Source: Balanoglossus misakiensis
Taxonomy: Eukaryota; Animalia; Hemichordata
Assembly: GCA_040954595.2 (NCBI GenBank)
Contig: CM082577.2
Span: 17,181,903 to 17,245,902, forward strand
DNA length: 64,000 nt
Reading direction: 5' to 3'
Shown here: positions 56,001 to 64,000 of the stretch, piece after piece
How positions within the stretch are numbered: the stretch's first letter is position 1
Layout: each line of letters begins with the position of its first letter
The notes under the pieces: generated by a model
The model's database searches: none
The model's input: only the letters and a program-made list of their open reading frames with translations
Told to the model about the DNA's origin: nothing
Position numbers and translations under genes: made by a program

Positions 56001-59000
56001 TGACACAAGCTATGAATTGTTGTATACAAAGCTCAAACTTGACAATTTCACAACATAATTTTAGGAATGCAGCTAACATTGGAATTCTCTACCTAGCTAT
56101 CTCAATTGTCAAGCAGACAAGCTTTTAAGTCTGCATTGAAATATTATTTACTGAATTTACATTAATTCTTGTATGCTTCTATCTTCCATCATAACTTTAA
56201 GTCTTTCCTAGAAAATCACTATTTTATTCAGGGCCATGAACTCGACTAGTCGTATTCAACTATTTTCATGGTCCATACCAGATCGTACAATTTAACAATA
56301 TTGTTCCCATCCTGTTTTTTTCTGACTTTGTACTTCAGTGTTATCCTTTTTTACTTTTTTTCAATGTTTATACTATGAAGCATCTGGTAAAATAAAGTAT
56401 TCAAAGAGAGTATTTTAGTAAAAAAACACACCATAATTTCAAATATAGCTTCACTGAGACCACATACTGCCAAATCACGAAGGCGGCGGTTTCCAGAGTA
56501 TTTCAAACTACACCTATGACTATGAGGGTTACTATAAGAATTACAGATGTGCTACAATTGCGCATATTGTATTGGAATAAGATCAAAACTGCCAACCACT
56601 ACGATTCAATTCGCATGCGATCACATCAGCGTTTTGAAAAATCACAGTCAGGAATGCAGTGAAGAAAAGTACGGCATAACAATGCGCATTTTAAACTTTG
56701 TTTGCGTTGTGTTGATCGATATGACGGTATCTGTCGGTATCAGTACAAATAATTTAATCTCAACTGTACAATGAAGATGGGACGTCATTATGATAAGCAG
56801 TGCGGGAGGTAACCGGCACATTAAGAGCACGTGCTGCCCAAAGATCAGTTTCCGCAGCATAGTTACATTTCCTCCCGACTGGTATGTGTGAAACAACATA
56901 GATTAGATAAAGGGTATAGTGTACGTCGAGGGCAGATTTCTCTCGATAGAGTTAACACGGTCATTTGACAATAAGCTCTCTCATTAGCGCGTACTACCAT
57001 AAGGCACCAATGGATTCACACGTTTTAGTTTTCAGTATTGGCATGTCCGCATGTTATTTGCTGGATATTTTTATAAAGTTTGCTTTATTTTAAAGAACTG
57101 TTGGTCAATGTGTATAGTTAAAGCTGACAAATAGGGAATTCGAGTAGAAATTCCAAAAGTTGGTGTATATTGAATGAGTCAGTCACCAGCTAAATTAACA
57201 TCTTCGGGCAACGTCCCTACTAGTAAGGTAATGGCACGGTCAGGGCACTGACTACTCTGATCAATATAATTGATTTTGTTTAAAACTTTATCTTGTCATT
57301 TATCAGTGGTACATATCTAATAGTTCTAATCGCTGTACTAATATGTTTACCAATGCCATCAAGTGGGGAAAATCGAAGCTTCAAGGTTTGCTACATGTAC
57401 GTATACAATATAAATATTTCACTATTTCATTATTGTGTTGGTATTACGAGTGAAGTCGGCTCTACACTGAGCTGGTACAGGGAATGGGTCAAGTACTAGT
57501 TGGTTTGCGGTCCGTCATCGTTCGAGGCTTTTTTAATTTTGCTGGAGTTTGGTTCAAGATTATTTAAGACTATCCGACAACTACTTTACAGGGGTATATG
57601 ATATCTAGCAACGATTTCTAAAGACTTCCAAATAAGTATGGTTGAAAATTATTGATTGAAATCTCAGCGAGGCTCATAGTGGTGGAAATTAACACAATTA
57701 CTCGAAGCTGCAATAGTTGTGTTTGTGGCGATGTCTTTTTCAATTGATGTGTGTATATACGTCACTTTCTTATTCTAATTCATGAAGAATGATGGTACGG
57801 CCTGTGTTCAGGTTTTTATCACAGTCTCACACATGTACACTCAAGCATTGGTATTGGTGAAAACTAAATTCAAGTCCGGGCTAGAATTCATTTGTCGACG
57901 AAATTCTCATTGCACATAAATCACAGAGTATGTTGAAAAACACAAACTGCGTATTTTAGCATGCTGGCCAAGAAACTAGATTTGATAAGTAGAGCAAATG
58001 TACTGAGCAAGTGGCTGGAATTATGCCAGGGATCATTAATAATCATTTTAACGGGTATTTCTTGCAAATATACAGGATGCGTTCACCTGGAGTGACATAT
58101 TAAGTTCACGATGCCAAAAAATAATGATGGCCGTGCTGGAGACTGTTTGGGTTATCGTTAAACAACGTTGGTTAGATGAAATTCAGAAACGCAACAAAAT
58201 CTTACAGTGGATCACAAACAAGGAGAAATAGTTCTCCATTCAAACAGTAGCATTTGAAGTATTTTAGTAAAAAACGCATTAATTTCAAATATCGCGTCAC
58301 TGAGACCACATACTGCCAAATCACGAAGGTGGTGGTTTCCAGAGTACCAACTTACACCTATGAGGGTTACTATAAAGATAACAGATGTGCTACAATTGCG
58401 CATACTGTATTGGAATAAATTCAAAACTACCAACTACTACAATTCAAGTCGCATGCGATCACATCATTGTTTGAAAAATCACAGTCAGGAATGCAGTGAA
58501 GAAAAGTACGGCATAACAATGCGCATTTTAAACTTTGTTTGCGTTGTGTTGATCGATATGACGGTATCTGTCGGTATCAGTACAAATAATTTAATCTCAA
58601 CTGTACAATGAAGATGGGACGTCATTATGATAAGCAGTGCGGGAGGTAACCGGCACATTAAGAGCACGTGCTGCCCAAAGATCAGTTTCCGCAGCATAGT
58701 TACATTTCCTCCCGACTGGTATGTGTGAAACAACATAGATTAGATAAAGGGTATAGTGTACGTCGAGGGCAGATTTCTCTCGATAGAGTTAACACAGTCA
58801 TTTGACAATAAGCTCTCTCATTAGCGCGTACTGCCATAAGGCACCAATGGATTCCCACGCTTTAGTGCTCACCGACAAAATACCAACTTTTCAGTATTGG
58901 CATGTCCGCATGCTATTTGTTGCGTACGTTCGCTTAATCAAAAATTGAATTAATCGGCATATATTTTTATAAAGTTTGTTTTATTTTAAAGAACTGTTGG

Positions 59001-62000
59001 TCAATGTGTATAGTTAAAGCTGAAAAATAGGTAATTCGAGTAGAAATTCCAAAAGTTGGTGTATATTGAATGAGTCAGTCACCAGCTAAATCAATATCTT
59101 GGGGCAACGTCCCTACTAGTAAGGTAATGGCACGGTCAGGGCACTGACTACTCTGATCAATATAATTGATTTTGTTTAAAACTTTATCTTGTCATTTATC
59201 AGTGGTACATATCTAATAGTTCTAATCGCTGTACTAATATGTTTACCAATGCCATCAAGTGGGGGAAAATCGAAGCTTCAAGGTTTGCTACATGTACGTA
59301 TACAATATAAATATTTCACCAACATGTGAGATAAATGTTTAATAGATAATGGCTGCTAAGCATTCTTTCAATTTATTATTATCCTTGTTTTAATTACCAA
59401 GCTTTCTAAATCGTACAGTGTTGTTTTGTGCAACTGACATGGTAACCAAGATAACCCGACAATCCTTTCTTCAGATCATCATGCGAGTTTGTATAATCTG
59501 TCTGTCTGTTTTTTCACCTTGTTTGTGTATTATCGACCTGTTTGAACTTGTCCCACGTGTCCACGTGTCATGACCAAGAACTGGTCGAACTTGAACGTTT
59601 CAAATCTTTTTGAAAAAAAATATTGAATTTATGCAACCTATGAAATCTGCCCATGTCAAATATTATTTCAAAATGGTTCTTCATGTACATGAAATAGTTT
59701 TAAACTTCAAAATCATGAGAAAAAAACATGTTAATTTCTTGACATATTGCCAACATATCTCCAATTTCGGATTCATGCAAATTAGACACGTGGATTCGGG
59801 TGCATTCTTAATATGTCGTTTTAGACACCTCTCCAAAATGCCTTCTGAAGAAAAAAATTCTGTTGCAATTTGTGGTGGGTTAGGTGCCCAAATCTCGTAT
59901 ATTGACTAGACCACGTGCAAAATTTTGAATACGTGTGTGAATTGGTGTTTTTGGATGGAACTTCTGCCCACAGCCAAAATCCAAAGTCATATTGATGTCA
60001 TAACACATGTAAATTTGTTATAGCGAGCCTAGTCGAGTATGACAGCCGATTAATTACACCCCAGTTAGTACAGGCACTTAAATAAGAGTGCATGTGTTGT
60101 TGCATGGGTCGCTTACGGATACCTTTAGATTGTTTTCGTGAAGGAAAACTGCCCCAGCCATTTTACTTACAAAGGGATCAAAACACTGCAAGTTTATTAA
60201 CTAATTTTAATGCCATGGGGTTCACATTATTTGCATGTTCAACATCCCGTTAAACCAACCCAGACATACTAAAATTACAGGAATTGGACGGTTTGTAGTA
60301 TCGATTTTTTTACATTTCTGTTTGAATGGTTATATTAATTTGTGAAATTTTTGTCATTACCGTCGACGATGCATACGTCAATCTGGGCGGCTATATTATT
60401 TTCTCCTCGATGTGATTAGTCAATTGATAATTAGTTTTGAGTGTGGTCTGCGACTCACACCACCTGCAGAAGCTCCAGTTAAAATGTTACTTTAATTATT
60501 ATTCTTGTTGGACATCGACCAATCTTTCATCAGACCGTGGAAGTGGGTGCGGTACACAGCAAAGTACACTTAGCTTACCTCTGTGCAAACTCGGACATTT
60601 TTAGTCCCCTTGTTTCTACGACACTATGGCACGTGACAGTTCGAATAATTGGTCACATGTGTTGGGCTTATGTCTTCTGTTAAATATATTAAATAACTGA
60701 AGTAGCAATTTTTTGCCGCTGAAAATGACCAGATGTATACTGAATTACCCCCGATTAATTCGAAATACCAAATTTGTCCGCACTAAGAAGAGTATCATCA
60801 ATATTATGGCCAGAGAGCATGCACCAGCCTGAGTTTTATTAGTGTTATCACACCGAACATGTCATACATACATCAAAGAACGTATTAAGGGTTGCGTCCA
60901 GGGTCCTAGCATGTAGTGAAGGTCTCGATCTCCGGCAAACTGTAGCAAGCTGTAGCTTATTCAAATAATTGTAAAACAACTGAAACTGTTTGTAATTGGT
61001 GTGTTTGCTACCAATTTGCAGTAAAATATCGTCCAACTAAAAGGTGCTACATCGACGCTCTTCGAAGTCAAAGATGCGGAGATGACGAACGCGTCCGAAC
61101 GACATTTTTTCATGTGCAGAAAGGACGCACAGAACCCCAAAACAGTACCCAGCGGACCATATTCCCTCACAATCCCTCACACCGGGACAAAATCCCCTAC
61201 CTACGGGCTATAGACTCAATAATGTGAGATTACGTTTTTTGTCTCGAGGTTCGGTCTCAGTCACTCAAAAGTACGGAATACGGTGTGCTCGATGTAATAA
61301 TAAAGAATCTAGACTCGTGTTTTTTTCGCTATGCTCCACACACATTCTAACATTGTCGTCTAATTTTTGAATTTTTGCTATTTGCTCGTCGAAACACTGT
61401 AACCATGGCAACCTCTTAGAAGTCAATTATAACCTGATCTACAACTCATTGGCTGCAATAATGAGCAGGGGTGTTGCTCAATATCAGTTGCCATGGTTAG
61501 AGTCCTTTGACATGCAAATAGCAAAATTAGGCGACAAAGCTTAACCGTGTGTGGAGCATAGAGACAGAAAAAACACTAGTCTGGATTCAAGACAAGGGGT
61601 ATAAGGACAGGTCTGAATCGATCCGACATGGTATTACAGGAATGTACAGTCTGAAACACTGGTGCATGTAAAGTGGCGTTGCAAGATTTAAAGGGTTTAT
61701 TTTTTCTGAAAAACGGGTCAATTTTGATGAGAGAATTGTGTGCCAGTGTTAATAAACCAGACCATGGTATATAGTACAGTCCTGTACATACGGTGATGGG
61801 AAAAGACAGACATTTCAGCTAGGACATGTCATATCCCATGTTTTACATCATAATGAGCTAAATGAATGTCACCACATCACTGGTCAAAGACCTGTACTTT
61901 ACCCCTTGTCACAATAATGATATGGGATGCCGACACAGACCTGTGCTGCAGGTGTGTTACACCAAGATTCGTAAAGGACATGTCACAGAGGAGAAATAAA

Positions 62001-62819
62001 TTTGCTGTGTATACATTTTGTAGAACACTCCTTGCTAGATTTAATTGGGTATTTTATCCAAAATCTACTTTGAATGTGACTCAGTATTTTACTTTACAAT
62101 GTACAATATGGTTGTCACAAACAGCGATATTTCGATGGTTTTATTCATTTTAACTTCCTCTGTCGCTCTCTAGACAGACTATCATTTGCATTACACGCAA
62201 TTCCCTCTCTCAGCATACGCTGGTAATGTATGACATTTAATATTTGAAAACTCTGAAATTTGGAAGGAAAATAAATGATAACCAAACTCCGTTGATGAGC
62301 ATATAAATATGTTCTTGTGGTAATTAATTGTGGTGTTGGGGCAAAAAGAATATGTGTGTGTTTTGCGACAAAATTATTACATACGCTATCAAATATTGCG
62401 ACCTTTGTGTACGGGAGACTTAATCTTGGTCGAAAGGAGATCAAACTCTAGTGTCAGGAACGCACAGAATAGCTGTCACGGGAAATGCGGAATTCTATAA
62501 GTAGCAACAGGCAGACGATTTCATCTTAATTACCAAGCGCTGCTTAATTGAAAAATATGCCCCACTCACATCATATCAGCAAAAGTATCAATTTACACAA
62601 TATAAGACATGATGGAAAAACACTTACCGTGGCCTTGTAAACAAAAACCCCAACATTTTCTACGGCCACCTGCCCCGTGTATCGATAGACGTAAACAGTG
62701 TCTGGTTTAATTGAAATCAGTCTGGCCGGGTCGTATACTGAAGCAGAATGCACTATTAAGCCGATTGTCGACACGAAAAGAAGCAAAGTGACGCTTCGCA
62801 CAGGAACGCACATCCACAT
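163..62819 (-). CDS. Giant (~5,200 aa, 86 exons) type I membrane protein: LLT (vitellogenin-N-like) + M23-like + SAP-like + PAN + FN3-like repeats + GH16/ConA-like + cadherin-like + EGF + TM
   Basis: Exons joined by AG/GT (or GC) sites with matching phase, in transcript order: 62628-62819, 53145-53241, 50440-50482, 49925-50112, 49485-49591, 49041-49129, 48798-48874, 48550-48677, 47121-47205, 46019-46357, 45702-45848, 45300-45502, 44951-45081, 44130-44299, 43618-43766, 42519-42833 (in-frame TGA; acceptor uncertain), 41814-42149, 40893-41035, 40509-40734, 39988-40154, 39409-39583, 38984-39133, 38098-38277, 37320-37470, 37004-37164, 36609-36747, 36081-36293, 35839-35939, 35321-35456, 35038-35144, 34390-34630, 34026-34084, 33315-33472, 32629-32851, 31881-32042, 31284-31490, 30676-30993, 30064-30187, 29238-29409, 28953-29047, 28662-28829, 28146-28326, 26677-26843, 26099-26272, 25820-26011, 25302-25469, 24648-24892, 24299-24423, 23974-24136, 23519-23678, 23004-23172, 22326-22594, 21434-21654, 20978-21187, 20449-20695, 19740-19952, 19501-19594, 19061-19324, 18819-18955, 18338-18577, 17681-17951, 17148-17277, 16564-16797, 16097-16300, 15540-15714, 15277-15431, 14754-14873, 14420-14561, 14003-14182, 13434-13585, 12718-12896, 12291-12426, 11504-11687, 11031-11206, 10550-10739, 10174-10344, 9678-9900, 9266-9345, 8510-8608, 7862-8009, 7361-7500, 6947-7038, 2694-3800, 2278-2450, 1688-1904, 163-354. 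Hand-summed length 15,681 nt (divisible by 3). A few boundaries are uncertain and small exons may be missed. Confidence 0.8.
437..1247. mobile_element. PIF/Harbinger (Tourist-like) MITE
   Basis: ~45-bp terminal inverted repeats GGCTGCATTCACAAACACCTCTGGAG(n)CGGGAGAATT, flanked by TTA on both sides; no coding capacity. Confidence 0.85.
2278..2450 (-). CDS. Exon with end of EGF domain and the transmembrane helix
   Basis: VDHYMCHC, then [23 protein letters not shown] followed by the basic stop-transfer stretch RKRHRKNK. Confidence 0.9.
2694..3800 (-). CDS. 1107-nt exon: two cadherin-like/bacterial Ig-like repeats and EGF domains
   Basis: [19 protein letters not shown]...[15 protein letters not shown]...PVNDYP; GYDVDTGD...[19 protein letters not shown]; EGF motifs CVNGGQC...[13 protein letters not shown] and [18 protein letters not shown]. 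Confidence 0.85.
3953..4078. repeat. Compound microsatellite (CAAA/CAGA)n then (GAAT)n
   Basis: Tetranucleotide arrays read directly from the sequence. Confidence 0.9.
4079..6608 (+). mobile_element. 5'-truncated L2/CR1-group LINE (end of APE endonuclease plus reverse transcriptase), frameshifted
   Basis: APE C-terminal motifs LDHIYVN and SDHYPV. RT motifs [31 protein letters not shown] and FADD. C-terminal LHWLPI..RI and WN.IP..IR. ORF2 is split into three frames (shifts near 4585 and 5845). AATAAA at 6573, then a (GAAT)n tail. Lies antisense within a host intron. Confidence 0.95.
6586..6730. repeat. Compound microsatellite (GAAT/GGAC/GAAC)n
   Basis: Tetranucleotide arrays read directly from the sequence. 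Confidence 0.9.
9678..32042 (-). CDS. Exons encoding about 15 divergent FN3-like repeats
   Basis: Recurring unit D.TPP..G.V.DG / W.GF.D.ESGI..Y / GT.PGG.D / YYVTVRA.N.AG / SS.G..VD. Examples: [59 protein letters not shown]. Confidence 0.8.
12718..15431 (-). CDS. Exons encoding a GH16/concanavalin A-like beta-sandwich inserted among the repeats
   Basis: [26 protein letters not shown] and [29 protein letters not shown] resemble GH16 strands (G.FE..IK.A; FDP..DFH.Y...VDG). No EIDIE catalytic motif seen. Confidence 0.45.
12991..13294. mobile_element. Two adjacent short palindromic (MITE-like) elements, 12991-13107 and 13109-13294
   Basis: First has inverted ends TTATAACACACC...GGTGTGTTATAA. Second, ACACATGATGACTG...CAGTCATCATGTGT, folds as a near-continuous ~185-nt hairpin. 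Confidence 0.75.
13778..13851. repeat. (ATGT)n microsatellite
   Basis: Read directly from the sequence. Confidence 0.95.
26381..26485. repeat. (TATC)n microsatellite
   Basis: Read directly from the sequence. Confidence 0.95.
26895..27746. mobile_element. PIF/Harbinger-type MITE
   Basis: ~45-bp TIRs GGGCCTGGTCA.ATTAACAGGGGGTGGGGGAAGGCCGGTGCGATT with TAA on both flanks; subterminal TGACCCTCC repeats. Confidence 0.85.
27411..27440 (+). repeat. (TTAGGG)5 interstitial telomere-like repeat
   Basis: Five perfect TTAGGG units inside the MITE. Confidence 0.9.
30676..30993 (-). CDS. Exon containing a PAN/apple domain
   Basis: [30 protein letters not shown] matches the PAN core C-xxx-C...C-x-SFNY...C-x-L. 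Confidence 0.8.
35321..36293 (-). CDS. Exons encoding a Cys-rich extracellular domain
   Basis: [19 protein letters not shown]...[17 protein letters not shown]...[15 protein letters not shown]; canonical splice sites. Confidence 0.6.
36420..36516. repeat. (TACA)n microsatellite
   Basis: Read directly from the sequence. Confidence 0.95.
36609..36747 (-). CDS. Exon encoding a SAP-like motif
   Basis: [30 protein letters not shown] resembles the SAP consensus L..ELK..L..RGL.T.G.K.EL..RL. CAG acceptor and GTGAGT donor are in phase with neighbouring exons. Confidence 0.55.
38098..39583 (-). CDS. Exons encoding a peptidase M23/LytM/LECT2-like domain, probably non-catalytic
   Basis: Spliced sequence [19 protein letters not shown]...[28 protein letters not shown]...YLDPMSFL follows the M23 pattern (DI..GT.V.AP.DG; V.KG..IG.V; PHLH; DP..YL). 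The Zn-binding HxH is replaced by AIR. Confidence 0.65.
39988..42149 (-). CDS. Exons encoding an amphipathic helical (apolipoprotein-like) region
   Basis: Heptad-like segments such as [22 protein letters not shown] and [24 protein letters not shown]; canonical splice sites with consistent phase. Confidence 0.6.
43795..44099. repeat. (TACA)n plus (CA)n compound microsatellite
   Basis: Read directly; fills most of one intron. Confidence 0.95.
44130..53241 (-). CDS. Exons 2-14: large lipid transfer (vitellogenin-N/MTP-like) module
   Basis: Beta-barrel motifs [37 protein letters not shown] and [11 protein letters not shown]. Helical superhelix motifs [21 protein letters not shown] and [20 protein letters not shown]...[14 protein letters not shown] match LLTP consensus (ALGNAG, RxAAxxAL). 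Confidence 0.8.
47295..47378. repeat. Short tandem repeat, about three copies of a 26-bp unit
   Basis: ACAATAAGACAAAGATGTGTTTTCAA repeated. Confidence 0.8.
50690..51790. mobile_element. Foldback-like non-autonomous DNA element
   Basis: Terminal IR AGGTTATTACGAAAATACCGCAAA.TATGCAC. Internal ~230-bp inverted arms (about 50860-51095 versus 51440-51680) are built from repeated subunits. Confidence 0.8.
53366..54467. mobile_element. Composite element: ~200-bp hairpin plus a TIR-bounded segment with an internal direct repeat
   Basis: 53366-53563 is a near-perfect palindrome. TTATTGCATATG (53559) pairs with CATATGCAATAA (54455). About 53775-53920 is repeated at about 53980-54115. Confidence 0.7.
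54963..59319. repeat. Tandem duplication of a ~1.9-kb intronic unit (copy A 54963-57422, copy B 57433-59319)
   Basis: Both copies begin TTGTGTTGGTATTACGAGTGAAGTCGG and end TACAATATAAATATTTCAC; identical 83-aa spurious ORFs occur at 56648 and 58485. Confidence 0.92.
55817..56408 (+). mobile_element. 3' fragment of an L2/CR1-like LINE, present only in copy A
   Basis: Decayed ORF2 C-terminus ([18 protein letters not shown]...HSYSTR), AATAAA near 56391, target-site duplication AGTATTTT at 55809-55816 and 56409-56416. Copy B has the empty site. Confidence 0.85.
61305..61588. mobile_element. Palindromic MITE-like element
   Basis: Nested inverted pairs GAATCTAGACT/AGTCTGGATTC, CTATGCTCCACACAC/GTGTGTGGAGCATAG and AACCATGGCAAC/GTTGCCATGGTT. 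Confidence 0.75.
62628..62819 (-). CDS. First coding exon: signal peptide and start of LLT beta-sheet
   Basis: [26 protein letters not shown] is a hydrophobic leader. It is followed by [14 protein letters not shown], resembling the Y-x-Y-x-Y first strand of vitellogenin/MTP. GTAAGT donor in phase 0 matches the exon starting at 53241. Confidence 0.8.
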
Positions 62820-63615
62820 TTTGGATGCACTCTGTCGATCGCCTTTCCCACTGGATCTCGATGACTTGTAGGTGTCTGGTTTTATAGTGACAGCTGGATA
62901 TCATATGTCGTCGGCGATCAATACAATGGTGGCGGTACCAGGGTCGACGTCAAAGTTCGATGTTCTTTAACTATTTACATTTCCTTTTGGTTGATCCATC
63001 TCTATCAACAACGATTACTGATAACCTGAGCAACTCAGTTACACTAGTATGTAACTATAGTCTAATTAAATATTTTCCTATGGACAAAATAACGAACATT
63101 GATAATAATATCTTGCATCAATTAAGCTGTATAAAATCGGACAATTGTGGACTTCTTTAAGTAGCCTTCTTACCAAACTATTGAACAATGCGACTTCTTT
63201 CCTTATTTCCTTTTTCTTGCTTGGCATAAGGAAATACAAGCGCAAATATTGATCAGATGTTTTGATAGAAGAACCACAGTGTTGATAAATTGTGTTGATA
63301 ATCCCCACGCCCATTGTTGTATCTGGGTGAAGCCGACAACAGGGCGAGCTATAAAAGATGCATATCTCCCGGAAGGTTTCATTGGCGTTTGGTCGGTGAA
63401 TGAGCACCATTGTCAGTTGCTGAGGTAAGTTTCTGCTACCAGCATGTCATGACAATTGTCACATGTCACATAAATTCTTGTGGTTTTTTGAAAGTCGCAC
63501 CATAGCTTCCACGTTTGTGCGTTATTATCACTGCTTTACTTTCAAACGTACATTATAGATTGATCCGTTTAATGAGGCTTGCTGATTCGTACGGACAAAG
63601 ATTTCTTTACACTTA

Positions 63616-64000
63616 GGGACCGTTCAGTTTTTACGGCCGGGGGGGGGGTCGGCAAAATCCAGGGGGGGGGGTCACTTAAATTTTGAAGTCCAAAAGGGGG
63701 GGTCATCTGTTTTTTTAAACGTTTAGGGGGTGGTCACATACTTTTGCCACCGAACGTTTGCTTTTGAGTCCACAAAATTGCAGTTTCGCGCCCTTTATTC
63801 TACAAAATTTTCAACCCTTCATTCTCCGCCACATTTCGATTTTTGCTGGTTTGTCTAGTGTACCAGGGTTGAGTGCTTGCCACCCCAACCCCACTGATGA
63901 TAATATTATACAAAGTAAATACATAAAGGAGAATAATCGTTTAAACCATTTCGCATAACTGATAGTTTCGCGCTGCATCTTCTATATGCTGGAAGTTTTA
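63616..64000. mobile_element. Left part of a probable Harbinger-type MITE, cut by the window edge
   Basis: TTA followed by a GGGACCG start with poly-G tracts; shares the TTTTGAGTCCACA.AA.TGCAGTTT motif with the 437-1247 element. Confidence 0.55.

Noticed and set aside
56547-58736. Identical 75-83 aa ORFs occurring twice
   Set aside because: A by-product of the intronic tandem duplication; no recognisable protein motifs.
1-64000. CRISPR arrays, tRNA/rRNA genes, operon-like prokaryotic systems
   Set aside because: No repeat-spacer array or structured RNA gene was recognised; the region is spliceosomal eukaryotic DNA and the only reverse transcriptase belongs to an ordinary LINE.

Overview
Eukaryotic, AT-rich, intron-rich animal DNA (the repeat style suggests a marine invertebrate; this is inference). 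Almost the whole window is one minus-strand gene, which I reconstructed by hand as 86 phase-compatible exons (ATG 62819 to TGA 163, about 15.7 kb CDS, about 5,200 aa). Predicted architecture, N to C: signal peptide; vitellogenin/MTP/apoB-type large lipid transfer (LLT) module followed by a furin-type RPKR site; helical region; inactive M23/LECT2-like domain; SAP-like motif; Cys-rich domain; PAN/apple domain; roughly 15 divergent FN3-like repeats with an inserted GH16/ConA-like domain; two bacterial-type cadherin/Ig repeats; two EGF domains; one transmembrane helix; Ser/Pro-rich tail. In short, a membrane-anchored giant lipid-transfer-family protein. One coding-like exon contains an in-frame TGA (42636-42638), and two introns need GC donors. 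Introns hold a 5'-truncated L2/CR1-like LINE inside a (GAAT)n tract, PIF/Harbinger-type MITEs, several hairpin elements, microsatellites, and a ~1.9 kb tandem duplication with a LINE fragment in one copy only. All domain calls are motif recognition by eye, not database searches.
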